A DNA stretch of 64,000 nucleotides. Source: Geopsychrobacteraceae bacterium (lineage in GTDB: Bacteria; Desulfobacterota; Desulfuromonadia; Desulfuromonadales; Geopsychrobacteraceae). This document shows positions 22,914 to 33,566 of this stretch, piece by piece (position 1 is the first letter of the stretch; the number at the start of each line of letters is the position of its first letter). The stretch is from the NCBI GenBank assembly GCA_963662315.1, contig OY759353.1, positions 2,496,001 through 2,560,000 on the forward strand, given 5' to 3'. A program made the translations under genes and the position numbers. Below the pieces are notes generated by a model. It was not told where the DNA came from and searched no databases. It saw only the letters and a list, made by a program, of their open reading frames with translations.

Positions 22914-23210
22914 AAAGAAAAAATCTGTTAATGAGTGTTTTAAATAGGTTGACCGGAGAAAGATCACATTGTACAAATTCATAGTTTTATTCATATCGGC
23001 GATATTATTAATGTCTTTAACCGCATGTGCCAGCACTCCCAAAACAATCAGGGTCAAGTGTCCGGCATGCGGTTACGAGTTTGACGTTCAGCCGGAAAAC
23101 TGAGGTATTCAAAACGTCAAATCTCATTAAAGTTTTCACTGAGCAGAGTGAAACACGGTTTTCAAACGCCGAGTGGTTCGGCAATTTTCTTACCTAGGAG
23201 GTAACAAAAG

Positions 23211-24386
23211 ATGAGCAGAATTTTGAAAGTAATGATCGTCCTGCTGGCGATCGCAGCAATGGTAACACCAGTAATGGCAGAGGATCGTCTGAGCCTGAAT
23301 GGTCAAATGCGTGTTCGTGGTTTCTACATTGACGACGACACTGATTCCACCCAATCCCTTGTGGATCAACGTCTGCGTACCGGCGGTAAATACAGCATCG
23401 CTGAAGGCGTTAGTGTGACCTTCCGTTTTGACGTTACCGAAGCTACCTGGGGTAGCGGCACCGACGCTTATGGTCTGCGTAGATCTGACAACAGCAGCAT
23501 GCAGTGGGACCGCGCGCACCTTGATCTTGACTTCGGTTCTTTCAAACTCCGTGCTGGTCAAATTTGGGCCGGTGCTGGCGTGACCAACGTTGTTGATGCT
23601 GAAAGCAATGGTATCCAAGTTATCGCAGGTCCAGTTAAAGCTTTTGTTATGCTGACTGACGACCAAGGTAGCACCAAGGCTGCAGACGATTATCTGTGGG
23701 CTGTTACTTACGGCCAAAAAATTGATACCGTTAAATTCGACGTGGTACTCGGTGGCCAAGTTGGTAACGGTGGCGAAGAAGTATACCTTGTCAGTGCTGA
23801 CGTCGTTGCTAACCTCGACGCTCTGACCCTGACCGGTGAACTCGATTACTTCACTGGCGACGCTTCTTCAACTCAAGACGCAATGGGTACTCAACTGTAC
23901 ATTGCTGCTGATTTCGCAGCGACCGAAACCGTTACCGTAGGTGGTAAAGCGTTCTATGCTCTTGCTGCTGACACCGACGAAGCTCAATACACCGTCCTGG
24001 GCAACAACTTCTCCGACTGGAAACCTCTGACTGCTATTCTCAACGGCAATGGCGACATCGCTGGTGAGAGAGGCCAGAAATACTCCCGTCCTTTCTCTGC
24101 ATTTGAAAGTACCAATGGTGCGGGTGTTATCGGCATCAATGCTAACGCAAAGGTTAAAGCTACTGAGGCTCTGAGCGTTGCTGGTAGCGTTTCTTACCTG
24201 ATGCCAGAAGATGACGATATGACTACTACTGATTCTGCTATCCAGATCGTTCTTGCTTCATCCTACGAAATGCTGAAAAATGCGTACCTGAATGCAACTG
24301 TTCAGTACACTAGCTATGACGAGACAGACAATACTAAATCTGACAACCAATTTCTTGCTGGTGTTGGTCTGTTCGTAAACTTCTAA
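23211..24386 (+). CDS. Outer-membrane beta-barrel porin, probably abundant
   Basis: Signal peptide ending VMA, alternating beta-strand pattern, terminal VGLFVNF with final Phe, AGGAGG SD, codon usage looks strongly biased. Confidence 0.82.
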   Translation: MSRILKVMIVLLAIAAMVTPVMAEDRLSLNGQMRVRGFYIDDDTDSTQSLVDQRLRTGGKYSIAEGVSVTFRFDVTEATWGSGTDAYGLRRSDNSSMQWDRAHLDLDFGSFKLRAGQIWAGAGVTNVVDAESNGIQVIAGPVKAFVMLTDDQGSTKAADDYLWAVTYGQKIDTVKFDVVLGGQVGNGGEEVYLVSADVVANLDALTLTGELDYFTGDASSTQDAMGTQLYIAADFAATETVTVGGKAFYALAADTDEAQYTVLGNNFSDWKPLTAILNGNGDIAGERGQKYSRPFSAFESTNGAGVIGINANAKVKATEALSVAGSVSYLMPEDDDMTTTDSAIQIVLASSYEMLKNAYLNATVQYTSYDETDNTKSDNQFLAGVGLFVNF

Positions 24387-24412
24387 TCCCGATTAGAAGC
24401 ACGCTACAAACG

Positions 24413-24451
24413 AAAAAGCCCGCTGTTTTCACAGCGGGCTTTTTTTATTTT
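24413..24451 (+). terminator. Intrinsic terminator after the porin
   Basis: aaaaagcccgctg-ttttca-cagcgggcttttttt. Confidence 0.92.
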
Positions 24452-24566
24452 CAAGACTCACCTATCGCCCTTTTCATTTAGACTGAAAATCGCTAGAATA
24501 CGCACTTATCTCGCAAATCTGTTTACAACTTAAGATAAACCCAAAATTCGACACAGGCATGACATA

Positions 24567-26300
24567 ATGAGACGCATTCTTGTTTTATTACTTTTTCTGA
24601 CATTTTTAGTTACAGACCTTGCAGTTGCCAAACCTCTTGAGCTAAAGAAGGACTTCTCCTCCATAAACGGCGTTATCATCATGCCCGTTAAGGATCAATT
24701 TTTAATCGATCTGGACTCTGCCAGCGGTGTCAGCCAAGGAGATATTTTTACTTTAATCAAGGAGGGAGAGAAAGTCATTCACCCAGTGACCAAGGAAATC
24801 CTGGGCTCGCTTGATGTCCCCACAGGATACGTCCAGGTAACCCAGGTTAAAACTGGCTACTCTTACGTAAAGCTCCTTCAATCCACAGTTCAACCACATA
24901 AAGGCGATAGGATAAAGCGTTTCGACCAGGTTCCTGCCACAATTGATGCGACGGTACCTACAGAACTGAAGAATCAAATACGTTCAGATCTACCACAGTT
25001 CAACTGGACAACCGAAAAACCATTAATAGTATTCAGCATTATTGACAATATTCTAACAGCAACAACCATAGATGGTTCAACAATCAAGGATTACCCAATA
25101 GCCGAAAACAGCCCAGAGCTTGCGCCTGCCCCCACTCCAACAGCTGCTATTGAACAAGCTCCTGCACCAGCAGATCCTTTTACTATACAGAGCCAGCAGA
25201 GAGAAAACCGTTCGGTCCTCAATTCTACAGTGAATAGCATGCTTGACACTATTGGCCTTGGAAATAGTAACAGCCGCCTTGAAGCTCCCGGAATCATTTA
25301 CAGTAATCAGCAAAACTCAAATGTCTGGACTAGCACCCCATTCCCTGGAGAACCATGCGGTGTTACAGTTGGCGATTTCGATAAAGACAACCAACAGGAA
25401 ATTGCATTAGTCGTAGACAATGAACTACATATGGTTCGCATTACCTCAAACAACATTCAAGAACTTGAAACTTATTCTGTTAACAATGCGACAACAATCC
25501 TTGGCATTGATTCCATTGATGTTGACAATGATGGTTATCCGGAAATTATTATTAATTCAGTACATGACTCTCATAAGTTAAATAGCCAAATCATTCAATT
25601 TGCCGGGAATAACTTTATTTCCCTCGCTACGAAACTACCCTGGTATTTACGCGCAATTAACCTTCCTGAAACCGGTCGTGTTTTACTTGGTCAGCAATTA
25701 GGCCTTCCGGACTCTCCCTTCGCGGGCCCGATTACACAATTCACCTGGAATAAGAATGGTCTAACTGCTGGATCTCCCCTTAAAGTACCGTCCGGAACTA
25801 CAATTTTTTCCCTAAACGCATTTTCTTCGCAGGCCGGTCAACATTTGTATACGGCAATTTCAAATCAGGACAAACTCCGTATTTTTTCGGAAAAGGGAGC
25901 TAGTCTATGGGAATCCGGAGATATTTTTGGTGGTTCGGAAACCTCATTCTATGCTCGTGCAGAACAACACGATGAAATGTTACCCTTAACCTTTGTCCAG
26001 CCGAAATCTGAAGTAATTAATGGGACCACCATTCTCGTAGCGCAGAATGACGGCAGCCGCCTTATGCAACGCTTTCGGAGCTACGATCCAAGTCGCATTG
26101 TTGCCCTGTCCTGGGATGGTGCAATGATGAAAGAACTATGGCACACCATAAATCAGCCTGCCTATCTGGCCGATATCGCAGTTGCCGATGCCGATAATGA
26201 TGGAAAAGTTGAACTGGTAACACTTGTTCGCTTCAAAGATAGTGATGTTATTTCAAAAACCGAGAGCAATCTGGTTCTTTATCAGCTAGATAAAAATTAA
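24567..26300 (+). CDS. Exported FG-GAP/VCBS repeat protein
   Basis: Signal peptide; GDFDKDNQQEI, DVDNDGYPEI and ADADNDGKVEL repeats; N-terminal HPVTKEILG motif. Confidence 0.8.
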   Translation: MRRILVLLLFLTFLVTDLAVAKPLELKKDFSSINGVIIMPVKDQFLIDLDSASGVSQGDIFTLIKEGEKVIHPVTKEILGSLDVPTGYVQVTQVKTGYSYVKLLQSTVQPHKGDRIKRFDQVPATIDATVPTELKNQIRSDLPQFNWTTEKPLIVFSIIDNILTATTIDGSTIKDYPIAENSPELAPAPTPTAAIEQAPAPADPFTIQSQQRENRSVLNSTVNSMLDTIGLGNSNSRLEAPGIIYSNQQNSNVWTSTPFPGEPCGVTVGDFDKDNQQEIALVVDNELHMVRITSNNIQELETYSVNNATTILGIDSIDVDNDGYPEIIINSVHDSHKLNSQIIQFAGNNFISLATKLPWYLRAINLPETGRVLLGQQLGLPDSPFAGPITQFTWNKNGLTAGSPLKVPSGTTIFSLNAFSSQAGQHLYTAISNQDKLRIFSEKGASLWESGDIFGGSETSFYARAEQHDEMLPLTFVQPKSEVINGTTILVAQNDGSRLMQRFRSYDPSRIVALSWDGAMMKELWHTINQPAYLADIAVADADNDGKVELVTLVRFKDSDVISKTESNLVLYQLDKN

Positions 26301-26327
26301 TCAAAATCGGCAGTGATATAACAACTT

Positions 26328-28106
26328 ATGAACATACTTTCTCTAAACCAGATCACCCTTGCTTTTGGCGGCCCGTTGCTGCTTGACCATGTCAACCTGC
26401 AGATCGAATCAGGAGATCGCATCTGCCTATTAGGCCGCAATGGTGCAGGCAAATCAACACTGTTGCATATTCTGAATGGGGACCTGCCTGCCGACAGTGG
26501 CGATATCATTCGTTCGCAAGGCCTGCACACGGCCTATGTCCCCCAGGAATTTCCAGGCGACTGGTCAGGTACCATCCTGTACTACCTCGAACAGCAACAC
26601 CCTGATGCCAGTGACACCTTAGTAAAAATCCAGATCGAACAGGCGCTGAGTCAACTTGAGCTCGATCCGGACGCTCAGGTGACATCCCTGTCCGGCGGAC
26701 AGAAGCGCCGAGTTCTGCTTGCCGCGGCTTTAAGTCACGAACCGGATCTGATCCTGCTGGATGAACCAACCAACCATCTTGATATCGACGCTATCAAGTG
26801 GCTTGAAAGCTTCCTTCTCAAACTGAGGAAAACACTTATTTTCATCAGCCACGATCGTACCTTTGCAGCAAACCTGGCAACCCGAATTCTTGAGCTGGAC
26901 CGAGGACAACTACACGACTACAAATGTGGCTTCTCAGCCTACCAGGAACGCCGCCAGGATGTATTGAATTCCGAAGAGAAAGCCTGGGCACGTTTCGACC
27001 AGAAACTGGCCGAAGAGGAAGTCTGGATTCGCAAAGGGATCAAAGCCCGCCGGACACGCAATATGGGCCGTGTCCGTGACCTGCAGAAAATGCGTGAGGA
27101 ACGCCGCCAGCGCCGTGACCGGACGGGCAAGGTCAAACTTCAACTTGACGAAGCACCACGCAGTGGTCAGATGGTAGTCGAAGCCCACGATGTATCATTT
27201 GCCTACGCTGCCGGAGCACCGATTATCCATCACCTGAACTTGCGTATTATGCGCGGTGACCGTATCGGTCTTATCGGCCCTAACGGCGCAGGAAAATCGA
27301 CTTTACTAAAGTTGATAACTGGAGAATTGCAACCGACATCAGGCCAACTGAAGCACGGTACCAACCTGCAGGTTGCCTACTTTGATCAGATGCGCGATCA
27401 GCTTGATGAAGAAGCCACTGTTAAATTCAATATTGCTGAAGATCATGACCAGGTTCTGATTGGCGACAAACCCCGCCATATTTATGGCTATCTGCAGGAT
27501 TTCCTGTTTACTCCTGACCGTGCCCGCACACCAGTCAAGGTGCTGTCCGGTGGAGAAAAAAACCGTTTACTGCTCGCCAAACTGTTTCTTCAGCCCGCCA
27601 ACCTGCTGGTTCTTGACGAACCGACCAATGACCTGGACATGGAAACCCTCGACCTTCTGGAAGAGTTGATCGCAGATTATAAAGGGACGGTACTGCTGGT
27701 CAGTCATGACCGGAGCTTCCTTAATAATATTGTCACCAGCTCTCTGATTTTCGCCGGTCAGGGGCACGTTGAGGAATTTATCGGTGGCTACGATGATTGG
27801 CTTGCAATGCAAGAGCCCGAGAAGGTTATCCTGAAAGAAAAGAAAGACAAACCCGAGCCACCGCGCAAACAGAAGCCGCGTAAATTGTCGTTTAAAGAGA
27901 AGCGTGAGCTGGGCGAGTTACCGGAACGCATTGATCAGCTGGAAACCCTGCAAACCAGCATACATACACAGCTTGCCAACCCCGAATTGTATAGAGAAGC
28001 TGACAGCAGCAAGATAACTCAACTAAAAGAACAACTGGAACAGGCAGAAACAGATCTTGCTGCAGCCTATGTGCGCTGGGAAGAATTGGATCAGATACCC
28101 GAATAG
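26328..28106 (+). CDS. uup: ABC-F ATPase, Uup-like
   Basis: Two ABC domains (GRNGAGKS, GPNGAGKS), EEVWIRKGIKARRTRN linker, KLSFKEKREL...RWEEL C-terminal domain. Confidence 0.9.
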   Translation: MNILSLNQITLAFGGPLLLDHVNLQIESGDRICLLGRNGAGKSTLLHILNGDLPADSGDIIRSQGLHTAYVPQEFPGDWSGTILYYLEQQHPDASDTLVKIQIEQALSQLELDPDAQVTSLSGGQKRRVLLAAALSHEPDLILLDEPTNHLDIDAIKWLESFLLKLRKTLIFISHDRTFAANLATRILELDRGQLHDYKCGFSAYQERRQDVLNSEEKAWARFDQKLAEEEVWIRKGIKARRTRNMGRVRDLQKMREERRQRRDRTGKVKLQLDEAPRSGQMVVEAHDVSFAYAAGAPIIHHLNLRIMRGDRIGLIGPNGAGKSTLLKLITGELQPTSGQLKHGTNLQVAYFDQMRDQLDEEATVKFNIAEDHDQVLIGDKPRHIYGYLQDFLFTPDRARTPVKVLSGGEKNRLLLAKLFLQPANLLVLDEPTNDLDMETLDLLEELIADYKGTVLLVSHDRSFLNNIVTSSLIFAGQGHVEEFIGGYDDWLAMQEPEKVILKEKKDKPEPPRKQKPRKLSFKEKRELGELPERIDQLETLQTSIHTQLANPELYREADSSKITQLKEQLEQAETDLAAAYVRWEELDQIPE

Positions 28107-28166
28107 TGAAGCTATTCGGGATTTGAGATTTCAGAGACATGAGCGGAGACACTGTGGCCGATCATC

Positions 28167-29000
28167 TCACCCCTGTCCGGGATTCAACTCGGCTCCACAA
28201 GCCTTACAATACTGCGCGTCATCGTCATGTCCCTCGGAACCACATTCTGGACAAGACTGTGTTGATGAGGGCCGATTAAAAGTCAATTCTGACGTTACGA
28301 TACCGGTCGGGATGGCAATGATACCATATCCGACTATCATCACCAGCGAAGCAATCGCCTGCCCCAAATTGGTTTGCGGGGAAATATCCCCATAACCAAC
28401 CGTTGTCATCGTAACCACAGCCCAATATATTGACCGCGGAATGCTGGAGAAACCATGCTCCGGCCCTTCAACGATATACATACTGGCACCAAAAATAACC
28501 ATGAGCAGACAGACCGTAAAAAGAAAGACAAGTATCTTGCGCCGACTGGCCCATATGGCCCGTTGCAAGTAAGCTGACTCACCCACATACTGAACCAGCT
28601 TCAGAACCCGGAAGATTCTGAGCAGCCTCAGCACCCTGATAACCAGGAAGTATTTTCCTGCGGGTAGTAATAGGCTAATATAACTCGGCAGAATCGATAA
28701 CAGGTCGATGATACCGTAAAAGCTGCCCATATATTTCAATGGGCTCCCGATGCAGCTTAGGCGCAGCAGATATTCAATGGTAAAAAGAAGAGTAAAAAAC
28801 CATTCAAGAACAAAAAACAGCTCTCCGTAATCAACATTAATAGCCGCGACGGTATCGAGCGTTACGACCAGCACACTGATCAGAATACTAAAAATCAGCA
28901 GTATATCGAACAGCTTCCCTGCAGGGGTATCTGCTTCAAAGATAATTTCGTGAAGACGTTGCCTAAGCGAACCGGCCCCCTTCTCAACTGGCAATGACAT
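28167..29000 (-). CDS. Voltage-gated-type potassium channel with C-terminal zinc ribbon
   Basis: S4 RVLRLLRIFRVLKL, TTVGYGD filter, CPEC...CKAC. Confidence 0.92.
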   Translation of the reverse strand: MSLPVEKGAGSLRQRLHEIIFEADTPAGKLFDILLIFSILISVLVVTLDTVAAINVDYGELFFVLEWFFTLLFTIEYLLRLSCIGSPLKYMGSFYGIIDLLSILPSYISLLLPAGKYFLVIRVLRLLRIFRVLKLVQYVGESAYLQRAIWASRRKILVFLFTVCLLMVIFGASMYIVEGPEHGFSSIPRSIYWAVVTMTTVGYGDISPQTNLGQAIASLVMIVGYGIIAIPTGIVTSELTFNRPSSTQSCPECGSEGHDDDAQYCKACGAELNPGQG

Positions 29001-29118
29001 AGCTACCTTTGCCGCCAATAGGCGGAATTTTACATTGAATGGTTCCAACTATCAGACATATGTAAAAACAATAACTTTCAGTATACAATCTGTCACTCAA
29101 GGGATATGCCATACCCCC

Positions 29119-30681
29119 TTACTTGGGTTTGCCAAACCAACCGGTTTTTTCGACATAAGACTCGACGCGATTACGTCCTTTTCTCTTGGCGGTGTAAAGA
29201 GCTTTATCTGCCCGTTCAATAAGTTCGTTCTTCTTTAGACCTTTTTCCTCAACAGAAAAATATGCCACCCCGAAACTGATGGTGACACGGTAACTTTCAG
29301 AACCATATTCAAAAGCGTGCTGCTCGATCGCCTTTCTGATTTTATCAGCAGCGGTCAGGGCATCTTCCTGGTTCGTTTCAGGCAGAACAAAGACGAATTC
29401 TTCCCCACCATAGCGAGCGACCAGATCATACTCGCGAGTCAGCTCCTGACACAGCCTGGCGACCTCCTTAAGGACAAAATCGCCCGCCTGGTGTCCGTAA
29501 TAATCATTGAACTTCTTAAAATTATCAACATCTGCCAGAACAAGGCTTAGGCCATGTTGCAGCCGCACGGCCCGGCTGATCTCTTTATCCAGAAACTCCT
29601 GAAAATATCGATGGTTATAGATTTCCGTCAAACCGTCGAGGTTAGCGATCCCTTCAAGATAACGGTTTTTCTCTTCCAGATCGGCAGTCAGCTTCTCTAG
29701 TTGCATCTTGGCCTGCACCAGCTCACGATTCATCTGGTCGTAGCTCATATTCAGCAGACTCAGCTCAATATTGGCCTGCTGCAAAAGTTCAGGAATAGAC
29801 TGTGTTCCACTGATTTTCAGACCAAAATAATCAGCAGCCTTGGCAACCTCGACATGGACCTGGACCAGAATGTCGTCAATAGCCTTGGCATCGAGCTTAA
29901 ACATTCTCTGGGCACGCTCACGAAAAGGGGCATGGTAAGTAATCGGATGACCCGAATACATCATGTTGGCGATAAGGGCGGCTAAATGGACCACCTGGGT
30001 CACCATTTTAAGGTTTAAATCAGCACCTTTATATTGCTCCGGATCATGATGATACATGATGGGAATTGTCAAACTATCGGGGAAATGCCAGATTTTGGCG
30101 GCTTCACCACCAATGTAGGCATGGGTAGCTCCCAATTCACTTTCTTCCAAAGCCAGAAGACTTTTATCGCTCCCTTCAGCACGCTGTAACAGCTCGTCAT
30201 ACTGTTCCTTAAAGGCACATGCAAGAATCAATTTCCCCAGATTTTGCAGCAGACTAACGGTAAACGCCTCCTCCGGATCCATATCTGACACTTTACTCAT
30301 GATCAGCTTAGAGGCAACGGCCGCCGCAAGAGATTCTTCCCAGAAACGCTCATAGCTGAAACCGCCTCCATAGCGGGGACGCTCCATGTGCAAAAAGGAA
30401 AAGGATAAAACCAGACTCCGCACAGCCCGGGTCCCCAGAATAGCGACGGCTTGCTGAATTGTGCTGACTTCATTGGGGAAATTATAAAAGGAGGAGTTCA
30501 CGACTTTTAAAATTTTGGTCGAAAGAGACACATCCTGAGCAATCAACCGGGCAATATCAAAAGCCGTCGTCTCTTCTCTGGCAGTAATTTCAATCAGCTT
30601 GGAGGCTACGGTTGATAAGGTTGGCAGTGCTCCTGCCTTAATCACCTGATCAAGGACATCTTCTTTGGTGGTCATCAACAA
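29119..30681 (-). CDS. HDOD-GGDEF diguanylate cyclase
   Basis: LPTLS...KILKVVNSSFY HDOD; DGLTEIYNHR, NDYYGHQAGD, I-site REYD five residues before GGEEF. Confidence 0.93.
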   Translation of the reverse strand: MLMTTKEDVLDQVIKAGALPTLSTVASKLIEITAREETTAFDIARLIAQDVSLSTKILKVVNSSFYNFPNEVSTIQQAVAILGTRAVRSLVLSFSFLHMERPRYGGGFSYERFWEESLAAAVASKLIMSKVSDMDPEEAFTVSLLQNLGKLILACAFKEQYDELLQRAEGSDKSLLALEESELGATHAYIGGEAAKIWHFPDSLTIPIMYHHDPEQYKGADLNLKMVTQVVHLAALIANMMYSGHPITYHAPFRERAQRMFKLDAKAIDDILVQVHVEVAKAADYFGLKISGTQSIPELLQQANIELSLLNMSYDQMNRELVQAKMQLEKLTADLEEKNRYLEGIANLDGLTEIYNHRYFQEFLDKEISRAVRLQHGLSLVLADVDNFKKFNDYYGHQAGDFVLKEVARLCQELTREYDLVARYGGEEFVFVLPETNQEDALTAADKIRKAIEQHAFEYGSESYRVTISFGVAYFSVEEKGLKKNELIERADKALYTAKRKGRNRVESYVEKTGWFGKPK

Positions 30682-31188
30682 TACCCTTCTAAGATAAAAT
30701 AGATATATATTCGCATCAGTTTAAAATTTTAAAGGATAGCAACAGAACTCACAACCGCAGCCTGCACATTTATCCCCATCAGGAATAAGGATAGCCTTGC
30801 AGCAAAAATACTAGCTGTGATATGAAATATAGTCAGTTTTTGTCTGGAAGCAGCCTTTTTTTTCGCAACCGCAGTGTCAATCTGAGCCTTTGCATGTGCG
30901 GCACAGGAAACTACGCCTGATCCTCAAAGGCTTGATTTCCTTGATCTTGCAAAAAATTGCTCGTTTCAATAGCAAAAACAAATTAGTTTTCAGTCTGAAA
31001 CGGTCTTTTTCACAACACCTATAGTAACCCGAGAGTCATTTTACGCAATGCCAAATCTGCGTCTGAACACTTTTCGAGTTTCGTGAAAACTACTCCGCTT
31101 TCTTTTTGATAAAACTGCTGCTCTGCTGAATAGATAAACCGCAAGCAGCGGATATAGTTATTTCTGTCTATTTTAAGAATCAGGAGAA

Positions 31189-32262
31189 ATGCACATCATG
31201 GAACTTAAAGTCCTGCCCCTAGCCGAACAGAAAGACAAATTTACCGACGAGAATAAGTTAGCCTTTGGCCAGATTTTTACCGATCGTATGTTTGTCATGG
31301 AATATGACAATGGTCAGGGTTGGCACTCCGCGCGTATTCAGCCCTATGGCCCCCTTTCTCTCGATCCGGCAGCAATGGTTCTGCACTACTCACAGGAAAT
31401 CTTCGAAGGATTAAAAGCCTTTCGACGCCCTGATGGCACAATTGCCATGTTCCGCCCGACCGATAATATTGAGCGCTTTAATCGGAGCGCACGGCGCATG
31501 TGCATGCCGGAAGTTGACCAACAGTTCTTCCTCGATGCCATGCTAGAACTGGTGCGGCTGGAAGCTGACTGGGTTCCTCAAAGCCTGGGAACCAGTCTGT
31601 ATATCCGCCCAACCATGATTGCCACCGAAGCCATTCTCGGAGTCCGGCCCTCCAGCAAGTACCTCTGCTACATCATTCTCTCCCCGGTTGGTGCCTACTA
31701 TAAAGGAGGGATTGCTCCGGTCAAAATCTGGATTTCGGATCATTACGTCCGCGCTACCGAAGGCGGTACAGGAGAAGCAAAAACCGGTGGTAACTACGCA
31801 GCCAGCCTCTTTGCTGCTAAACAGGCTGCCGAAGCGGGTTATGACCAGGTTCTGTGGCTGGACGCCAAAGAAAAGCGCTATGTCGAAGAAGTCGGCAGCA
31901 TGAACATGCTGTTCCTGTATGATGGCAAGATTGTCACATCGCCATTGCACGGTACTGTCCTTGACGGCATCACCCGTCGTTCGGCTCTGACCCTGTTAAA
32001 GGAAATGGGTTACGAGATTGAAGAGCGCGCTCTGACCGTAGACGAAGTCATGGAAGGCGCCCAGTCGGGCCGCCTCAGTGAAGCATTTGGTACCGGAACT
32101 GCTGTTGTTATTTCGCCAGTCGGCTCATTCTGCTACAAGGACACATGTGTACAGCTCGGAGATGGAACGCCGGGTAAACTGACCATGGATCTGTATAATA
32201 AGTTGACAGGTATTCAGTATGGTCAGGAACCTGACACCCATAATTGGGTTAAGATTCTTTAG
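31189..32262 (+). CDS. ilvE: Branched-chain amino acid aminotransferase
   Basis: LHYSQEIFEGLKA, LYIRP, AKTGGNYA, EEVGSMN, GTGTAVVISP. Confidence 0.96.
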   Translation: MHIMELKVLPLAEQKDKFTDENKLAFGQIFTDRMFVMEYDNGQGWHSARIQPYGPLSLDPAAMVLHYSQEIFEGLKAFRRPDGTIAMFRPTDNIERFNRSARRMCMPEVDQQFFLDAMLELVRLEADWVPQSLGTSLYIRPTMIATEAILGVRPSSKYLCYIILSPVGAYYKGGIAPVKIWISDHYVRATEGGTGEAKTGGNYAASLFAAKQAAEAGYDQVLWLDAKEKRYVEEVGSMNMLFLYDGKIVTSPLHGTVLDGITRRSALTLLKEMGYEIEERALTVDEVMEGAQSGRLSEAFGTGTAVVISPVGSFCYKDTCVQLGDGTPGKLTMDLYNKLTGIQYGQEPDTHNWVKIL

Positions 32263-32297
32263 CCAGCAGGGGCGCCGCCCCTGCATCATTTTAAATT

Positions 32298-33566
32298 TCA
32301 AATCCCTCCCTTCGGGGAGGGTACCCCCTGCAAACGTTCAAGAATTGCCAGTTGCTCGCCAAAGGTTCCCGTCGTTCCTGCCGCTCCTCCCCACTCCAGT
32401 AAGGCCCCCACAATCGCGACAGCATCAGCGTGCTCATCACTACTACAACGGGTCAGTAGTTGGCGTGTCCGCAAGGCATCGAACCAGACATGAAAAGCAG
32501 CCAGACGTTGAGCTGAAGAAGCATAATTACGCTGTAATTTTTCCCAAACCCTCAGGAAGTCAAGTTCGCCCAAAAAGGCCCCTAATACCGCTGAAAGATC
32601 TTCAGCCTGGGACATAATATGGACAGCGGTATCATCACTATGCTCCGCGACAATCCTCAACCAACCCTGCAACACAGCAAACGCCTGAACATCGACAAAC
32701 CGGTAAGTCAGCAGATTATTGTCCACGTGCTGTTTCAGCGTGGGACCGGTTCCAAATGGAACCCGTCCTGAATAACGTGCAGCCGGTGCCACTACGGTAC
32801 CGCACAGCGGTTCAACCCCTGAAGTTTTAGCCAGCCGCTGTAAAAAATAAAAATCCTCTGCCGCCTGACGACGGTTCATCCCTCCAGCAGCAATATATGC
32901 CTGGGCCGAACAGCAAAACGCACTGCCAATCGTATGGTAAGCATAGGGTGAACCAGCCTTCTCAAGACCGAAAAGATAACTGCGCAGATAAAGTTCATAG
33001 CTGCGTATCGCCTTCTCCTGGACCGCGTCAACACCGGGCTGGTGATAAAAAGGGATAACCGCTCCTCCCTGCCCACCTTTTTTGAAGTGTTCATCAATTG
33101 CCTCGAGATAATGGCTGTCAACCAACGTATCAGCATCTAATGAGATCAGAACCGGTCGACAGGTCCAATCAAGACACTCCAGACTCAGATCAAAACCAAT
33201 CTTGCGCGCCAGCCCGACACCATCTTTTTGAGCAAACTCATAACCTTTTGCAGTTGCATCAATAACACCGATATTGAGCAGAGGAAAAGGATTGCCAGCC
33301 AGCCAGGAGAGAGTTTTTTGATTGTCATCCTTAAAAGCCTGACAAGAATGTTCACGCTGATTGACCACCACCACAATCAGGGTTTGAGCGAGAAGCCCCT
33401 CACTATTTAAGGCTAAAGCAGAGAGCGTTGCCGGTAAACTCTGGCTTTCCGCCAAGGCAGGAATAACGATAGCCATGCGGTAGTCAGTTCGGTAATTTCC
33501 CGAAAGTGACCAGACTTTTTCCTGAGGCTGTGCTCGACGATATTTAGCCAGACGCCGCTCAATCAT
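32298..33566 (-). CDS. GT-A fold (GT2-like) glycosyltransferase of unknown substrate
   Basis: IVIPALAE, SLDADT (DxD), AAEDFYFL; start set at ATG 33566, overlapping the miaA stop. Confidence 0.75.
   Translation of the reverse strand: MIERRLAKYRRAQPQEKVWSLSGNYRTDYRMAIVIPALAESQSLPATLSALALNSEGLLAQTLIVVVVNQREHSCQAFKDDNQKTLSWLAGNPFPLLNIGVIDATAKGYEFAQKDGVGLARKIGFDLSLECLDWTCRPVLISLDADTLVDSHYLEAIDEHFKKGGQGGAVIPFYHQPGVDAVQEKAIRSYELYLRSYLFGLEKAGSPYAYHTIGSAFCCSAQAYIAAGGMNRRQAAEDFYFLQRLAKTSGVEPLCGTVVAPAARYSGRVPFGTGPTLKQHVDNNLLTYRFVDVQAFAVLQGWLRIVAEHSDDTAVHIMSQAEDLSAVLGAFLGELDFLRVWEKLQRNYASSAQRLAAFHVWFDALRTRQLLTRCSSDEHADAVAIVGALLEWGGAAGTTGTFGEQLAILERLQGVPSPKGGI

Noticed and set aside
29119..29660. GGDEF domain as a possible Hypr/GacA-type cGAMP synthase
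   Set aside because: The specificity position reads GHQAGD (Asp), as in ordinary diguanylate cyclases, not Ser/Thr
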